Shown: positions 46,435-54,793 of the stretch, piece after piece
How the letters are laid out: each line of letters begins with the position of its first letter
Position numbering within the stretch: position 1 is the stretch's first letter
IMG/VR virus record: IMGVR_UViG_3300045110_000277
Location: 1 to 64,000 of that record
DNA length: 64,000 nucleotides
Origin: a virus
Strand: one strand, 5' to 3'
The notes under the pieces: generated by a model
Seen by the model: only the letters and a program-made list of their open reading frames with translations
Told to the model about the DNA's origin: nothing
Database searches by the model: none
Made by a program: the position numbers and the translations under genes

Positions 46435-46862
46435 TGGCCTTCGACGCTTGGCGTCACCTCAAGGACGTGGGTGACAGCGACGACCGGCACCGGGAGAACA
46501 GCTCGCGGCTGGCGCACGCCTACATCCGCACCGACTCCACCGGGTGGGGCGAGGTCACCTACGACAACCCGTTCGTGTTCGGCGTGCGGTTCATCGACAA
46601 GCCGTACGTGGCCTACAGCTTCGACGTGGACGACACCACCGACGTGGTGGACACCCGGTACCCGCGGGCGTGCGGGTTCATCTACCGCTGGCAGATCGAC
46701 TCCCGCGGCTTCTACACCGGGGCGTACATGGCGGTCACTGTGGACGACCAGTCCACGTTCATCACCGCGGTCGGCGACAGCCCGAACTACCTGCTGCACC
46801 ACCACTTCTCCTTCTCGGGCATCGCCATGAAGTCGGTGCCCGACTACCTGGCGCAGGGCTAG
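46434..46862 (+). CDS. Tail tip-associated protein
   Basis: TGATG coupling to the hub gene. Confidence 0.6.
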   Translation: MAFDAWRHLKDVGDSDDRHRENSSRLAHAYIRTDSTGWGEVTYDNPFVFGVRFIDKPYVAYSFDVDDTTDVVDTRYPRACGFIYRWQIDSRGFYTGAYMAVTVDDQSTFITAVGDSPNYLLHHHFSFSGIAMKSVPDYLAQG

Positions 46863-46864
46863 CC

Positions 46865-47683
46865 GTGGTCTGGGGGCCGTGGCTTCCGTCGCCGCAGATC
46901 GTGGTGACGGCGACCATGCCGTGGGAGCAGGTGCAGGGCGCGGAGTCGTTCGTCCACCACGGCGACACCACCGTCGACCCGTTGCAGATCGGGTCGACGC
47001 AGGCTTCCGTGCAGGCGACCGGCGGGTCGGACGCGGCCTTTGAGTCGCCCAACTCGATGCCCGGCCTGGCCGTACCGTGGACCGCCACGATGTTGCAGGA
47101 CTTCAGCTTCTTCACCATGTCGGTGACGTACTCGGTGGCCTACAACCGGGCCATCATCGACTGCTCGCCGACGTTGAACAGCTACCCGACGCCGGACGAC
47201 AACGCGGTCGGGGTGCTCGGCGACATCCAGATGCACGGGGGCACCGACACGTTCGTGGCGTGGCAGACCGGCTCGATGGACTGGACCCCGCTGGTCGACT
47301 TCGGCGCGACGTTCGGGCTGCGGCTGCGCCAGACGCCCTACGTCAACGCCAGCTCGTTCTTCTGGGACCCCTACGACGACACCGGTCGCTTCGCCGAGCT
47401 GACCGCCGCCGACGTGGTGGACATCCCGCCGTACCCCGCCGCCGACTTCTCGATCTGGTGCCAGCCCGCGTTCGACTACTCCGCCATCAGCGAGTCCGAC
47501 CTGGTGACCGTGTTCTCCGGGCTGGACGAGGCCGGCGGCTCGTGGGCGCTGAACAGCATCACCTTGCAGGCCGTGGTCCAGCCGCCCGACTACCGTCAAT
47601 GGCTGGACCTGGTGCCCAACCTCAGCGGCGGCATCCAGCAGCCGGTCGTCCACTTCATCACCACGCGGAGGCGGCTCGGATGA
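46865..47683 (+). CDS. Acidic minor tail protein
   Basis: GTG start after the preceding stop; ends PNLSGGIQQPVVHF... Confidence 0.6.
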   Translation: MVWGPWLPSPQIVVTATMPWEQVQGAESFVHHGDTTVDPLQIGSTQASVQATGGSDAAFESPNSMPGLAVPWTATMLQDFSFFTMSVTYSVAYNRAIIDCSPTLNSYPTPDDNAVGVLGDIQMHGGTDTFVAWQTGSMDWTPLVDFGATFGLRLRQTPYVNASSFFWDPYDDTGRFAELTAADVVDIPPYPAADFSIWCQPAFDYSAISESDLVTVFSGLDEAGGSWALNSITLQAVVQPPDYRQWLDLVPNLSGGIQQPVVHFITTRRRLG

Positions 47684-48228
47684 CGTACGACTGGTTCGAC
47701 AACAGCACCTCTGGCGGCTTCGGCGACTACGGCATCTGCAGCGAGGGCGTCATCGAGCGCGGCTCGGGCGGTGCGCACATCGGGCAGTTCACCGAGGGCA
47801 TCTTCTTCGGGAACGGGACGCCAACGGCCCTTGTCGGCGGGGAGCGCGTCTGCCGGCCGCCGACCGGGACGGGGCACTTCCTGCGCCACCTGGTCGTGTG
47901 GTGGACCGACGCCTCGATGACCACCAGCGTGGACGGCACCCATGACCTGTACGACACCGACTACCTGAAGACGGTGGACCCGGCGTACCCCACGGGTTAC
48001 AGCGGCGACGACATCACCGCCAGCCTGACCGCGCCAGCCGGGGCCACGTACTGGTCGTGGGCCATCCTCGACGAGGGCCCGTACGACGGCAGCGGGACGA
48101 CCAGCTCCGACCCGGGCTCGTACTCGCCGTACACCGCTGCTGATACCGCGGTGGCCCTCCTGAGCGCCTGCTCCGCGGCTCCCGATCTGTCGGGGTTCGT
48201 CCATGCGGGTGAAGTCCACTTCTCGTAG
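47680..48228 (+). CDS. Acidic minor tail protein
   Basis: ATGA overlap; ends PDLSGFVHAGEVHFS. Confidence 0.6.
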   Translation: MTYDWFDNSTSGGFGDYGICSEGVIERGSGGAHIGQFTEGIFFGNGTPTALVGGERVCRPPTGTGHFLRHLVVWWTDASMTTSVDGTHDLYDTDYLKTVDPAYPTGYSGDDITASLTAPAGATYWSWAILDEGPYDGSGTTSSDPGSYSPYTAADTAVALLSACSAAPDLSGFVHAGEVHFS

Positions 48229-48244
48229 GACCTCTGGCCGGTGT

Positions 48245-48271
48245 CAGATTCGCCCCGGCTGGGGACGATGG
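48245..48271 (+). promoter_or_regulatory. Putative sigma28/WhiG-type promoter for the holin operon
   Basis: CAGAT-N14-GACGATGG; palindrome copy at 48282-48299 just downstream. Confidence 0.5.
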
Positions 48272-48314
48272 ACACATGAGATGCGAACGCTCGTTGGCGG
48301 GGAGGAACTGGGTC

Positions 48315-48827
48315 GTGACGATGCTGGGCTTGGGGCTTCCCGATCTGCCTCCACACCCGGCCACGGCCGGAGCGTCCCTGGTCGTTAGCGGGGTCGGCAC
48401 CGTCGTCGCGGTCCTCAGCTCCACCATCGAGGAGAATGCAGCCGTTCGCAGCATCCTGTTCATCGGTGGCATCTGCGCCGCCCTGGCCGGCATCGCGGTA
48501 CTGGCCCGCACGGTGGCCAAGGGCGCGTTCTGGGGCGTCCGGGCAGCGGACGGCATGGGGGACTTGATGGGTGACCCGAAGGCGAATCCGCCCGTCCCTG
48601 GTCTGGGCGACCGGATGGAGCGGATGGAGGCCACGGTCGACGACGTGCAGCGAACGCTCAAGGGCAAGGTGGAGCAGGACGCTGCGCGAGCCGAGCAGGA
48701 CGACGAGCGGTGGCGCAAGGTCGACCAGATGCACGACCGACAGACCGAGATCCACGACTTGCTCAGCAAGCTCGCAGGGAACGCCGGACCGGCTGACCGC
48801 GAGCCCCCCGATGAGGAGCTTGCCTGA
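48315..48827 (+). CDS. Membrane protein with coiled coil (lysis accessory)
   Basis: Two hydrophobic segments, G.P...PGL..RM.RME motif; start could be 48276. Confidence 0.65.
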   Translation: MTMLGLGLPDLPPHPATAGASLVVSGVGTVVAVLSSTIEENAAVRSILFIGGICAALAGIAVLARTVAKGAFWGVRAADGMGDLMGDPKANPPVPGLGDRMERMEATVDDVQRTLKGKVEQDAARAEQDDERWRKVDQMHDRQTEIHDLLSKLAGNAGPADREPPDEELA

Positions 48828-49189
48828 TGGCTGACCACGCAGCGCCCGGCACCGGATGGCTGAACCTGCTCGACAAGGTACCTCCGGCCGTGCGGCACGC
48901 CCTCATCCTGCTCATCGGTGCTGGCCTGAGCTACGCCTCGGCGCACCTGCCGGACCTGCACCTCCAGCAGCCGTACCCGAACTTGCTCGGCGGCGCGCTG
49001 GCGATGCTCCTGCTGATCGTCACCCCGCTCACCTCGCAGTACGGCGTGGGCAAGAAGGTGGACGACGCGGCCCAGGCCCAGGCGGACCTGGACGCAGCCG
49101 TACAGCTCGTGCTGGGGGCGGCCAAGGACGCTGCAGCTGCCAAGCTGGGCGCGCCAACGGACGTTGCCGTCCAGCCTCCTGTGGCATAG
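48827..49189 (+). CDS. Holin (putative, 2 TM)
   Basis: Two TM helices, TPLTSQYGVG; end of the tail operon. Confidence 0.65.
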   Translation: MADHAAPGTGWLNLLDKVPPAVRHALILLIGAGLSYASAHLPDLHLQQPYPNLLGGALAMLLLIVTPLTSQYGVGKKVDDAAQAQADLDAAVQLVLGAAKDAAAAKLGAPTDVAVQPPVA

Positions 49190-49394
49190 CCCACGGAACC
49201 GAATGGCTCTTGTGTGCGTCGCCTGTGGACGACGAACGGGAGCGTGTCCACAGATTCTGCTGATCCGGTAACAAACTCGGCGCGGCGGCTTGTAACCGTG
49301 TCCAAAGGGGTTATGGTCTCCTTCGCGCCAGACCCTGCGTGATCGACCGATCACCTTTCCCTGGGAGCTGGCTGTCTAAACAGGGGAGGCTCGG

Positions 49395-49619
49395 GTGCTG
49401 GAAGCGGTACCCGAGTTGATCGGGGACGGGGCCGAGTCGCTACAGGCGGCGCTCAGCTACCTACTGGCTGCTATCGGTCCTGCCTCCCTGTTCAACCTCA
49501 AGACCGCCGTCGAGGCCGCTCGGGTCGACGGTGTAAGCGGTGAGCTGACGATCCACGTGCCCCGCAAGGTCGGAGAGCGCGTCGAGGTCGACTGGCAGTC
49601 CAACGCCCGGCCCCGCTGA
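49395..49619 (+). CDS. Small hypothetical protein
   Basis: GGGAGG RBS + GTG; housekeeping-like promoter at 49290-49317. Confidence 0.5.
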   Translation: MLEAVPELIGDGAESLQAALSYLLAAIGPASLFNLKTAVEAARVDGVSGELTIHVPRKVGERVEVDWQSNARPR

Positions 49620-50047
49620 CTCACATCGTGGACAATCTTGAGCCCGAGTCTGGGTCCATTTGAGCGTAGACGGGCTGCCAACGCTCGTTGACATAGGTAC
49701 TTTGGGCTAGGACCTTGCGCTCTGTCGGACCCTGTGGTTAGAGTCCGGGTCACTCGTTCGGCCGGTTCGCATCCCCCGTCGTTCCGGCTGGATGGGGCTC
49801 CTCCCGGGAGAGCGGGTCTCGCTTCACCCCGGGAGGGGCATCAACTTCACAGGTCGGTGACGACCACCAGGCACGCGGCAAGAGCCGGTGCGTGGGCCAT
49901 CCCCGAGAAGACTCGGAGGGCGGCGATCAAGGTAGGGCTTCGGCCCTGTCCTGGTCGTCGCCCTTTGCGTTACTCGGGAGCGGCCATGCACACGCTCGGC
50001 GTCATTGCGTTCGTCATCACATGCCTGTTCATTGCGGCCCTCGCGCT

Positions 50048-50926
50048 GTGATCATCCGGCAGTCCGATCTTGCGGCGTACGCCAGGTGCGCACGCCAGAG
50101 CAAGCTCGGCAAGGACTCTGCTGCGGGCATCATCGAGCCCGAGCGGCAGCTGAGCGCCACCGTCTACGGCACGGTGATGCACCACGCCCTGCAGGTCATG
50201 GAGACCCGGCACCACAACGGCGACTCTGACGCGGGCGACGTGGCGGTGGCCACCTTCGAGCACTACTGGCACCCGGACCACATGGCCGACCTGACCCAGC
50301 CCGGTGATCAGACGCTGCGCGTGGACGAGTGGATCGCCCGGCAGACCTACGGCGGGATGCTGACCAAGGGCCGCCTGGCCCTGCGCGCGCACTACGAGTA
50401 CCTCAAGGGCGACGTGGGCGAGCTGCTGGCCTTGGAGCTGCCCTTCCTGCTGCCGCTGGGTGACCTCGGGCTGCCGTACGGCGAGCACCAGCTGCGCGGC
50501 ATGGTCGACCGGCTGTCCCTGCGCAAGGTGAGCGGCAAGAAGTTCCTCAACCTGGAGGACTTCAAGACCGGCAAGCAGCCCACCTACCTGCGGTACAGCG
50601 TGCAGTTCACCTCGTACGCCTGGGCGTCCCTCCAGCCAGCCTTCTGGGACCCGTGGGGCGCCGACGCCGAGGACATGCGGGCGAGGACCCAGGCGCTGCC
50701 CCGGCGCGGCACGTGGATCGACATGAAGGTCGGCAAGCGAGTGGACGCCGGCTGGCGTGGACCCCAGGACTACGACCGCCTCATGGTCGCCCTGGCCGAG
50801 TACGTCCGGGCCGTCGAGCTGGGTGTCTACCCGCTCTCGATGACCGGCGAGAACTGCACGTACTGCCCCTTCCGTGACGCCTGTGCTGGCGTCCCCGTGC
50901 CCGATGAGGACCACGGTCGGCCATGA
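50048..50926 (+). CDS. RecB/Cas4-like PD-(D/E)XK exonuclease
   Basis: S.L..Y..C, GTVMH.AL, E.PF, G.VDRL, DFKTG, QF..Y, C.YCPFR..C. Confidence 0.9.
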   Translation: MIIRQSDLAAYARCARQSKLGKDSAAGIIEPERQLSATVYGTVMHHALQVMETRHHNGDSDAGDVAVATFEHYWHPDHMADLTQPGDQTLRVDEWIARQTYGGMLTKGRLALRAHYEYLKGDVGELLALELPFLLPLGDLGLPYGEHQLRGMVDRLSLRKVSGKKFLNLEDFKTGKQPTYLRYSVQFTSYAWASLQPAFWDPWGADAEDMRARTQALPRRGTWIDMKVGKRVDAGWRGPQDYDRLMVALAEYVRAVELGVYPLSMTGENCTYCPFRDACAGVPVPDEDHGRP

Positions 50927-50949
50927 GATTCGATTGGAGAACCTGCCTC

Positions 50950-51591
50950 ATGTCCCTCAAGAGCGAGCTCTACAAGGAGCTCGGTGAGCTGGAGGACGCC
51001 AACGGGCGTCTGCGTGCTGCGATGGCTTCCTGCGAGCAGGAGCTGACCGAGACCCGGCTCGGTCGGGACGAGGCGCTGGCCCGTGAGTCCGACGCCAACG
51101 CCCACAACACCGCGCTGCAGGAGTCGCTGGAGCGGGCACGCCTGCAGCGCACCGACCTGCGTGAGCTGCTGCTGGCGGCGCGAACGACCATCAGCGAGCA
51201 GAAGCGTGACAACGAGCGTTTGACACTGGAGGGCAAGCTCCTCCTCGACCGCATCCAGGCGGTCCACACGCTGACCTGCCCGGACTGCTGGCCGGACGGC
51301 GTGATGTTCACCGGCCTGGGCCCGACCGGCTACGAGACGGAGACCGGCAGGGAGGTCCAGCAGGCCACCCCGTGGAGCCCGTGCGACAGGCACACCGCGG
51401 AGGTGCGCCACGCGGAGTTCCAGAGCCGCATCCTCGTGATGCCGTTCGAGCCGGCGCCGGGCCAGGCCGAGGACGGGTCCATCGACGACGCCGAGACGTA
51501 CTTCGGCGAGGGCACCCACCTGGGCCTGGCCGAGCAGGCGGGCAAGGCGTTCCGTGACGCGGCGAACGCCGAGGGGATGCCGCAGCCGTGA
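50950..51591 (+). CDS. Coiled-coil protein with C-terminal Zn site
   Basis: Heptad-rich N-half; CPDC...CDRH. Confidence 0.65.
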   Translation: MSLKSELYKELGELEDANGRLRAAMASCEQELTETRLGRDEALARESDANAHNTALQESLERARLQRTDLRELLLAARTTISEQKRDNERLTLEGKLLLDRIQAVHTLTCPDCWPDGVMFTGLGPTGYETETGREVQQATPWSPCDRHTAEVRHAEFQSRILVMPFEPAPGQAEDGSIDDAETYFGEGTHLGLAEQAGKAFRDAANAEGMPQP

Positions 51592-52016
51592 CGTACGCCG
51601 CTGAGACGACGGTGACGGTGGGCCGGTCGCAGGAGGAGATCGTCAAGACCCTCATGCGGTACCGCGTCGACCAGTACAGCTTCGGCGCTGGCCGTACGTC
51701 GGCCATGGTCGAGTTCCTCATCAGCGGCTACCCCGTGCGCATCGCCGTGCCGGTCCCAGCCCGGCCCGAGCACCCGAAGATGAAGTCGCCAACGACCGGT
51801 CGCATGGTCGACGCCGAGAAGGCGTGGGACCAGGTGGTGCGCCAGCGGTGGCGTGCGCTGCTGCTGCTCATCAAGGCGAACCTCGAAGCCGTCGAGATGA
51901 ACCTGCTCACGGTGGACCAGGCGTTCATGGCCTACCTCGTGACCGGCGACGGCAAGGTCCTCGGCGACACGGTGCTCCCGCAGTACGGCCGCGCGCTGAA
52001 GCAGCTGGAGGCGTGA
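51588..52016 (+). CDS. Conserved phage hypothetical protein
   Basis: YAAETTV...RSQEEI...RQRWRALLL.IKA.LEAVE...AF. Confidence 0.75.
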   Translation: MTYAAETTVTVGRSQEEIVKTLMRYRVDQYSFGAGRTSAMVEFLISGYPVRIAVPVPARPEHPKMKSPTTGRMVDAEKAWDQVVRQRWRALLLLIKANLEAVEMNLLTVDQAFMAYLVTGDGKVLGDTVLPQYGRALKQLEA

Positions 52017-52279
52017 TGGACCTCCCGTTCCCGTACGACTCCTCGCTGAGCCTGGCCACAACGATGGGCAGCAAGTGGGGCGTGGGCACCACGCACGCCA
52101 CGTACACCGGCCTCAAGGACGACATCTGGGGTCGCCAGCAGCACCTGCTGTGCAGCGACAAGCCGCTGCGCGGTCGGGTCGTCAAGAGCCGCACCTCCCT
52201 GAAGGTGCTGCGCGAACGAGTCCTGTGTGCCAAGTGCCGTCAACGCCTGTTGGCGCCAGCAAGCCGGAGATCCGCATGA
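52016..52279 (+). CDS. Small Zn-binding hypothetical protein
   Basis: H...LC...LCAKC. Confidence 0.55.
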   Translation: MDLPFPYDSSLSLATTMGSKWGVGTTHATYTGLKDDIWGRQQHLLCSDKPLRGRVVKSRTSLKVLRERVLCAKCRQRLLAPASRRSA

Positions 52280-52300
52280 CGATCATGGATGGAGATACCC

Positions 52301-52546
52301 ATGCCCGGACAGACCTCGGCAGCCCGGGACGCGATGCGGTCGCTGGTCCACCGCTTCGCGTACCACCCGCCGACGAGCCCACAGAGGGTGAAGGAGCACG
52401 AGCAGGCGAGGCAGAAGGTGCGCCTGCTGGCTCAGCACTTCCAGCGTTCGTTGCCGGAGGGCCGGGAGAAGGCCCTGGTGATGACGAAGCTGGAGGAGGC
52501 CCTGTTCTGGGCGAACGCAGCCGTGGCAAGGCAGTCCGACGACTGA
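52301..52546 (+). CDS. Acb2/Tad1-like helical-hairpin protein (putative cyclic-nucleotide sponge)
   Basis: RFAYHPP...R......P.GREKAL..TKLEEALFWANAAVAR. Confidence 0.75.
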   Translation: MPGQTSAARDAMRSLVHRFAYHPPTSPQRVKEHEQARQKVRLLAQHFQRSLPEGREKALVMTKLEEALFWANAAVARQSDD

Positions 52547-52778
52547 GCGCCGTCCCGGTCATCCGGGCGTCGCGCCAGGCCCTCCAAGCGGAGGTGCTCC
52601 TCGACTACCTGGGCCACGGCCAGGTGTCGCTGAACGTCCGCATCAGCCGGGGTGACCCGGAGCTGGTCAAGGCGCTCAAACCGTTGCAGGCGCTGCTCGT
52701 TGCCCGCGCCAAGGCGGCCGTCTCACACATCGCTGACAGCTAACGGCTGACGGCTGACGGATCGAGAGAGAAGGAACC

Positions 52779-54218
52779 ATGCTGTTGATCAAGACGACCG
52801 GCATCGAGGACTACCTCGATGGCGGCGAGGGTCGGGTGAAGGCTCTGATCCAGGGCCAGCCCGGCTCGGGCAAGACGCGCTCGGCGTCGTTCTGGCCCAA
52901 GCCGCTGCTGCTCGACTGCGAGGACGGCCGCATGTCGGTCGCTGACCGGGGCATCGACTACGCCCGGATCGAGTCCTCGGAGGACATGAAGGCCGCGCTG
53001 AAGCTGGCGTGGATGGAGACCCAGAAGCCGGTCGAGGAGCGGCGCTGGATGACCCTGATCATCGACACGCTGGACTCGTACCAGCGGATCGTGATCCAGG
53101 AGCGGCTCAAGGTCACCGGCAACGAGGGCCTGTCGGGCTGGGCGGACTGGGGCTACCTCGACGGGAAGATGCAGACGCTCGTCAGCGCGCTCCAGGCGCT
53201 GCGCATGAACGTCGTCGTCAACCTCCACGTCAAGGAGACCAAGGTCGGCGAGGACGAGGAGGGCAAGGGCGGCTACCTCGTCCAGGGCCCGAAGCTGAAG
53301 GGCGACCTGCGCGAGCAGATCGGTGCCGAGTTCGACCTGGTGGGCCACATGGGCACCACCTTCGAGAGCAACGGCGAGGAGCGCACGCAGGTCCGAGGCG
53401 TCCAGTGGCACGCCACGCCGGATCGGCCGGGCCTGAAGGACCGCTCGGGCACGTTGCCGAAGTGGACCCCGGTCACCTTCACCGACGACGACTACTACGG
53501 GCTGTTCTCCCGGCTGATCGAGAAGGCTGAGACGCTCCAGGAGTCCCGGGTGGTGCAGGAGGTCGAGACCGAGGCGCTGCCTCAGCCGGTGGGCCCGATG
53601 GCCGGGGGCCCGGTGGCGGCCAAGAAGGCTGCGGCTGCTCCGCCGGCGAAGAAGGCCGCAGCGGCACAGGTGCCAACGCCCGTTGACACCCCGCCCGCAG
53701 CTGCAGCTGTGCCGGCGGCACCTGCAGCTCGGGCTGTTCCGGCTGCAGCCAAGCCGGTCATCGGTGGCGCGAGTTCTGCGCCAGCCGCTGCACCCGTCGA
53801 GGCCCCAGCAGTTGTGGCCGAACCGGTGGCGGAGCCCCAGCCTGAGCCTGAGCCGACGGTCGAGGAAGCCGTCGCAACGGTGGAGGAGGCGCTCGGAGGC
53901 ACGGTTATCTCCGAGCCCGCACCTGCCGATGGGCCAACGGTGACACCTGCCGAGGCACCTGCTGCCCCGGCCCCGGTCGCACCGGCTGCTGAGTCCACCG
54001 ACTTCCCCGCCTGCGGTCAGGGCCGGGACGCCGACGTGGAGAACCCCGTACCCGGCTGCGGCAAGGTGCTGCGGATCGGCAAGGGACCTGACGGGTCGCT
54101 CGTCATCGACGACCCCGACGAGAACCCGGACCTCATCGAGATCGCCGGGCTGAAGACGCGGACGTGGCTGTGCAACAGCGACTTCGCTACCTACCGCGCC
54201 AACGCGAAGAAGGGCTGA
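52779..54218 (+). CDS. Sak4-like AAA_24 ATPase/recombinase with Pro-Ala linker and C-terminal Cys domain
   Basis: GQPGSGKT, LLLDCEDG, LIIDTL, KDR; adjacent to SSB. Confidence 0.8.
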   Translation: MLLIKTTGIEDYLDGGEGRVKALIQGQPGSGKTRSASFWPKPLLLDCEDGRMSVADRGIDYARIESSEDMKAALKLAWMETQKPVEERRWMTLIIDTLDSYQRIVIQERLKVTGNEGLSGWADWGYLDGKMQTLVSALQALRMNVVVNLHVKETKVGEDEEGKGGYLVQGPKLKGDLREQIGAEFDLVGHMGTTFESNGEERTQVRGVQWHATPDRPGLKDRSGTLPKWTPVTFTDDDYYGLFSRLIEKAETLQESRVVQEVETEALPQPVGPMAGGPVAAKKAAAAPPAKKAAAAQVPTPVDTPPAAAAVPAAPAARAVPAAAKPVIGGASSAPAAAPVEAPAVVAEPVAEPQPEPEPTVEEAVATVEEALGGTVISEPAPADGPTVTPAEAPAAPAPVAPAAESTDFPACGQGRDADVENPVPGCGKVLRIGKGPDGSLVIDDPDENPDLIEIAGLKTRTWLCNSDFATYRANAKKG

Positions 54219-54224
54219 CCTGCC

Positions 54225-54710
54225 ATGCCGAAGGGCACCGTTACCGAAGCCGTCAACTACCCGATCCCGACCGAGACCCTCTGCCCGGCCAAGCTCCAGA
54301 GCGTGGACGAGGTGACCGTCCCCTTCACGTACAAGAAGGGCGACAAGGTGGGTCAGCAGGGCTCGTTCAACAAGTGGACGTGGACCTTCAAGATCTACGA
54401 GGGCCCGTACGCAGGCATGACCGTCGAGGGCTCGTCCGAGCCCAACGTCACCAACGCGGACACCCCGAGCGGCTTCCTCGCTCTGGCCCGGCCGTGGTAC
54501 GAGACCCTGCTCGGCCGCGAGCTGCGCCTGGGTGAGGCCGTGGACACCGACGTGCTGCTCGGCCTGCCGTGCCAGATCACGGTGAAGCACCTGGATCCCC
54601 GGCCGAAGCGTGACGGCGACGGCTTCTGGTTCAACACCGAGGTCGAGGACGTGCTGCCCGCGAAGAAGAACGCGGACGGCACCGTGGCGTACGACGAGCC
54701 GCCCTTCTAG
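54225..54710 (+). CDS. Single-stranded DNA-binding protein (phage OB-fold type)
   Basis: WTFKI..G.Y.G, LLG.PC.ITV, acidic DEPPF C-tail. Confidence 0.75.
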   Translation: MPKGTVTEAVNYPIPTETLCPAKLQSVDEVTVPFTYKKGDKVGQQGSFNKWTWTFKIYEGPYAGMTVEGSSEPNVTNADTPSGFLALARPWYETLLGRELRLGEAVDTDVLLGLPCQITVKHLDPRPKRDGDGFWFNTEVEDVLPAKKNADGTVAYDEPPF

Positions 54711-54717
54711 CAAGACT

Positions 54718-54758
54718 CCGTTGCGGCCCTCTGGTCCCGAGTCGGAGGGCCGCAACGG
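54718..54758 (+). terminator. Hairpin/terminator after SSB
   Basis: CCGTTGCGGCCCTC...GAGGGCCGCAACGG 14-bp stem. Confidence 0.7.
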
Positions 54759-54793
54759 TCCTTGGCATCCGCAAGTCCATCCCCAGCCGAGGA

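Noticed and set aside
49725-49790. tRNA-like fragment (GGTTCGCATCC resembles a T-loop)
   Set aside because: I could not build an acceptor/anticodon cloverleaf; tRNAscan-SE or ARAGORN would settle it
50048-50926. Cas4 suggesting a CRISPR adaptation module
   Set aside because: Its context (Sak4-like ATPase, SSB) is a standard phage recombination module; no cas1, cas2 or array
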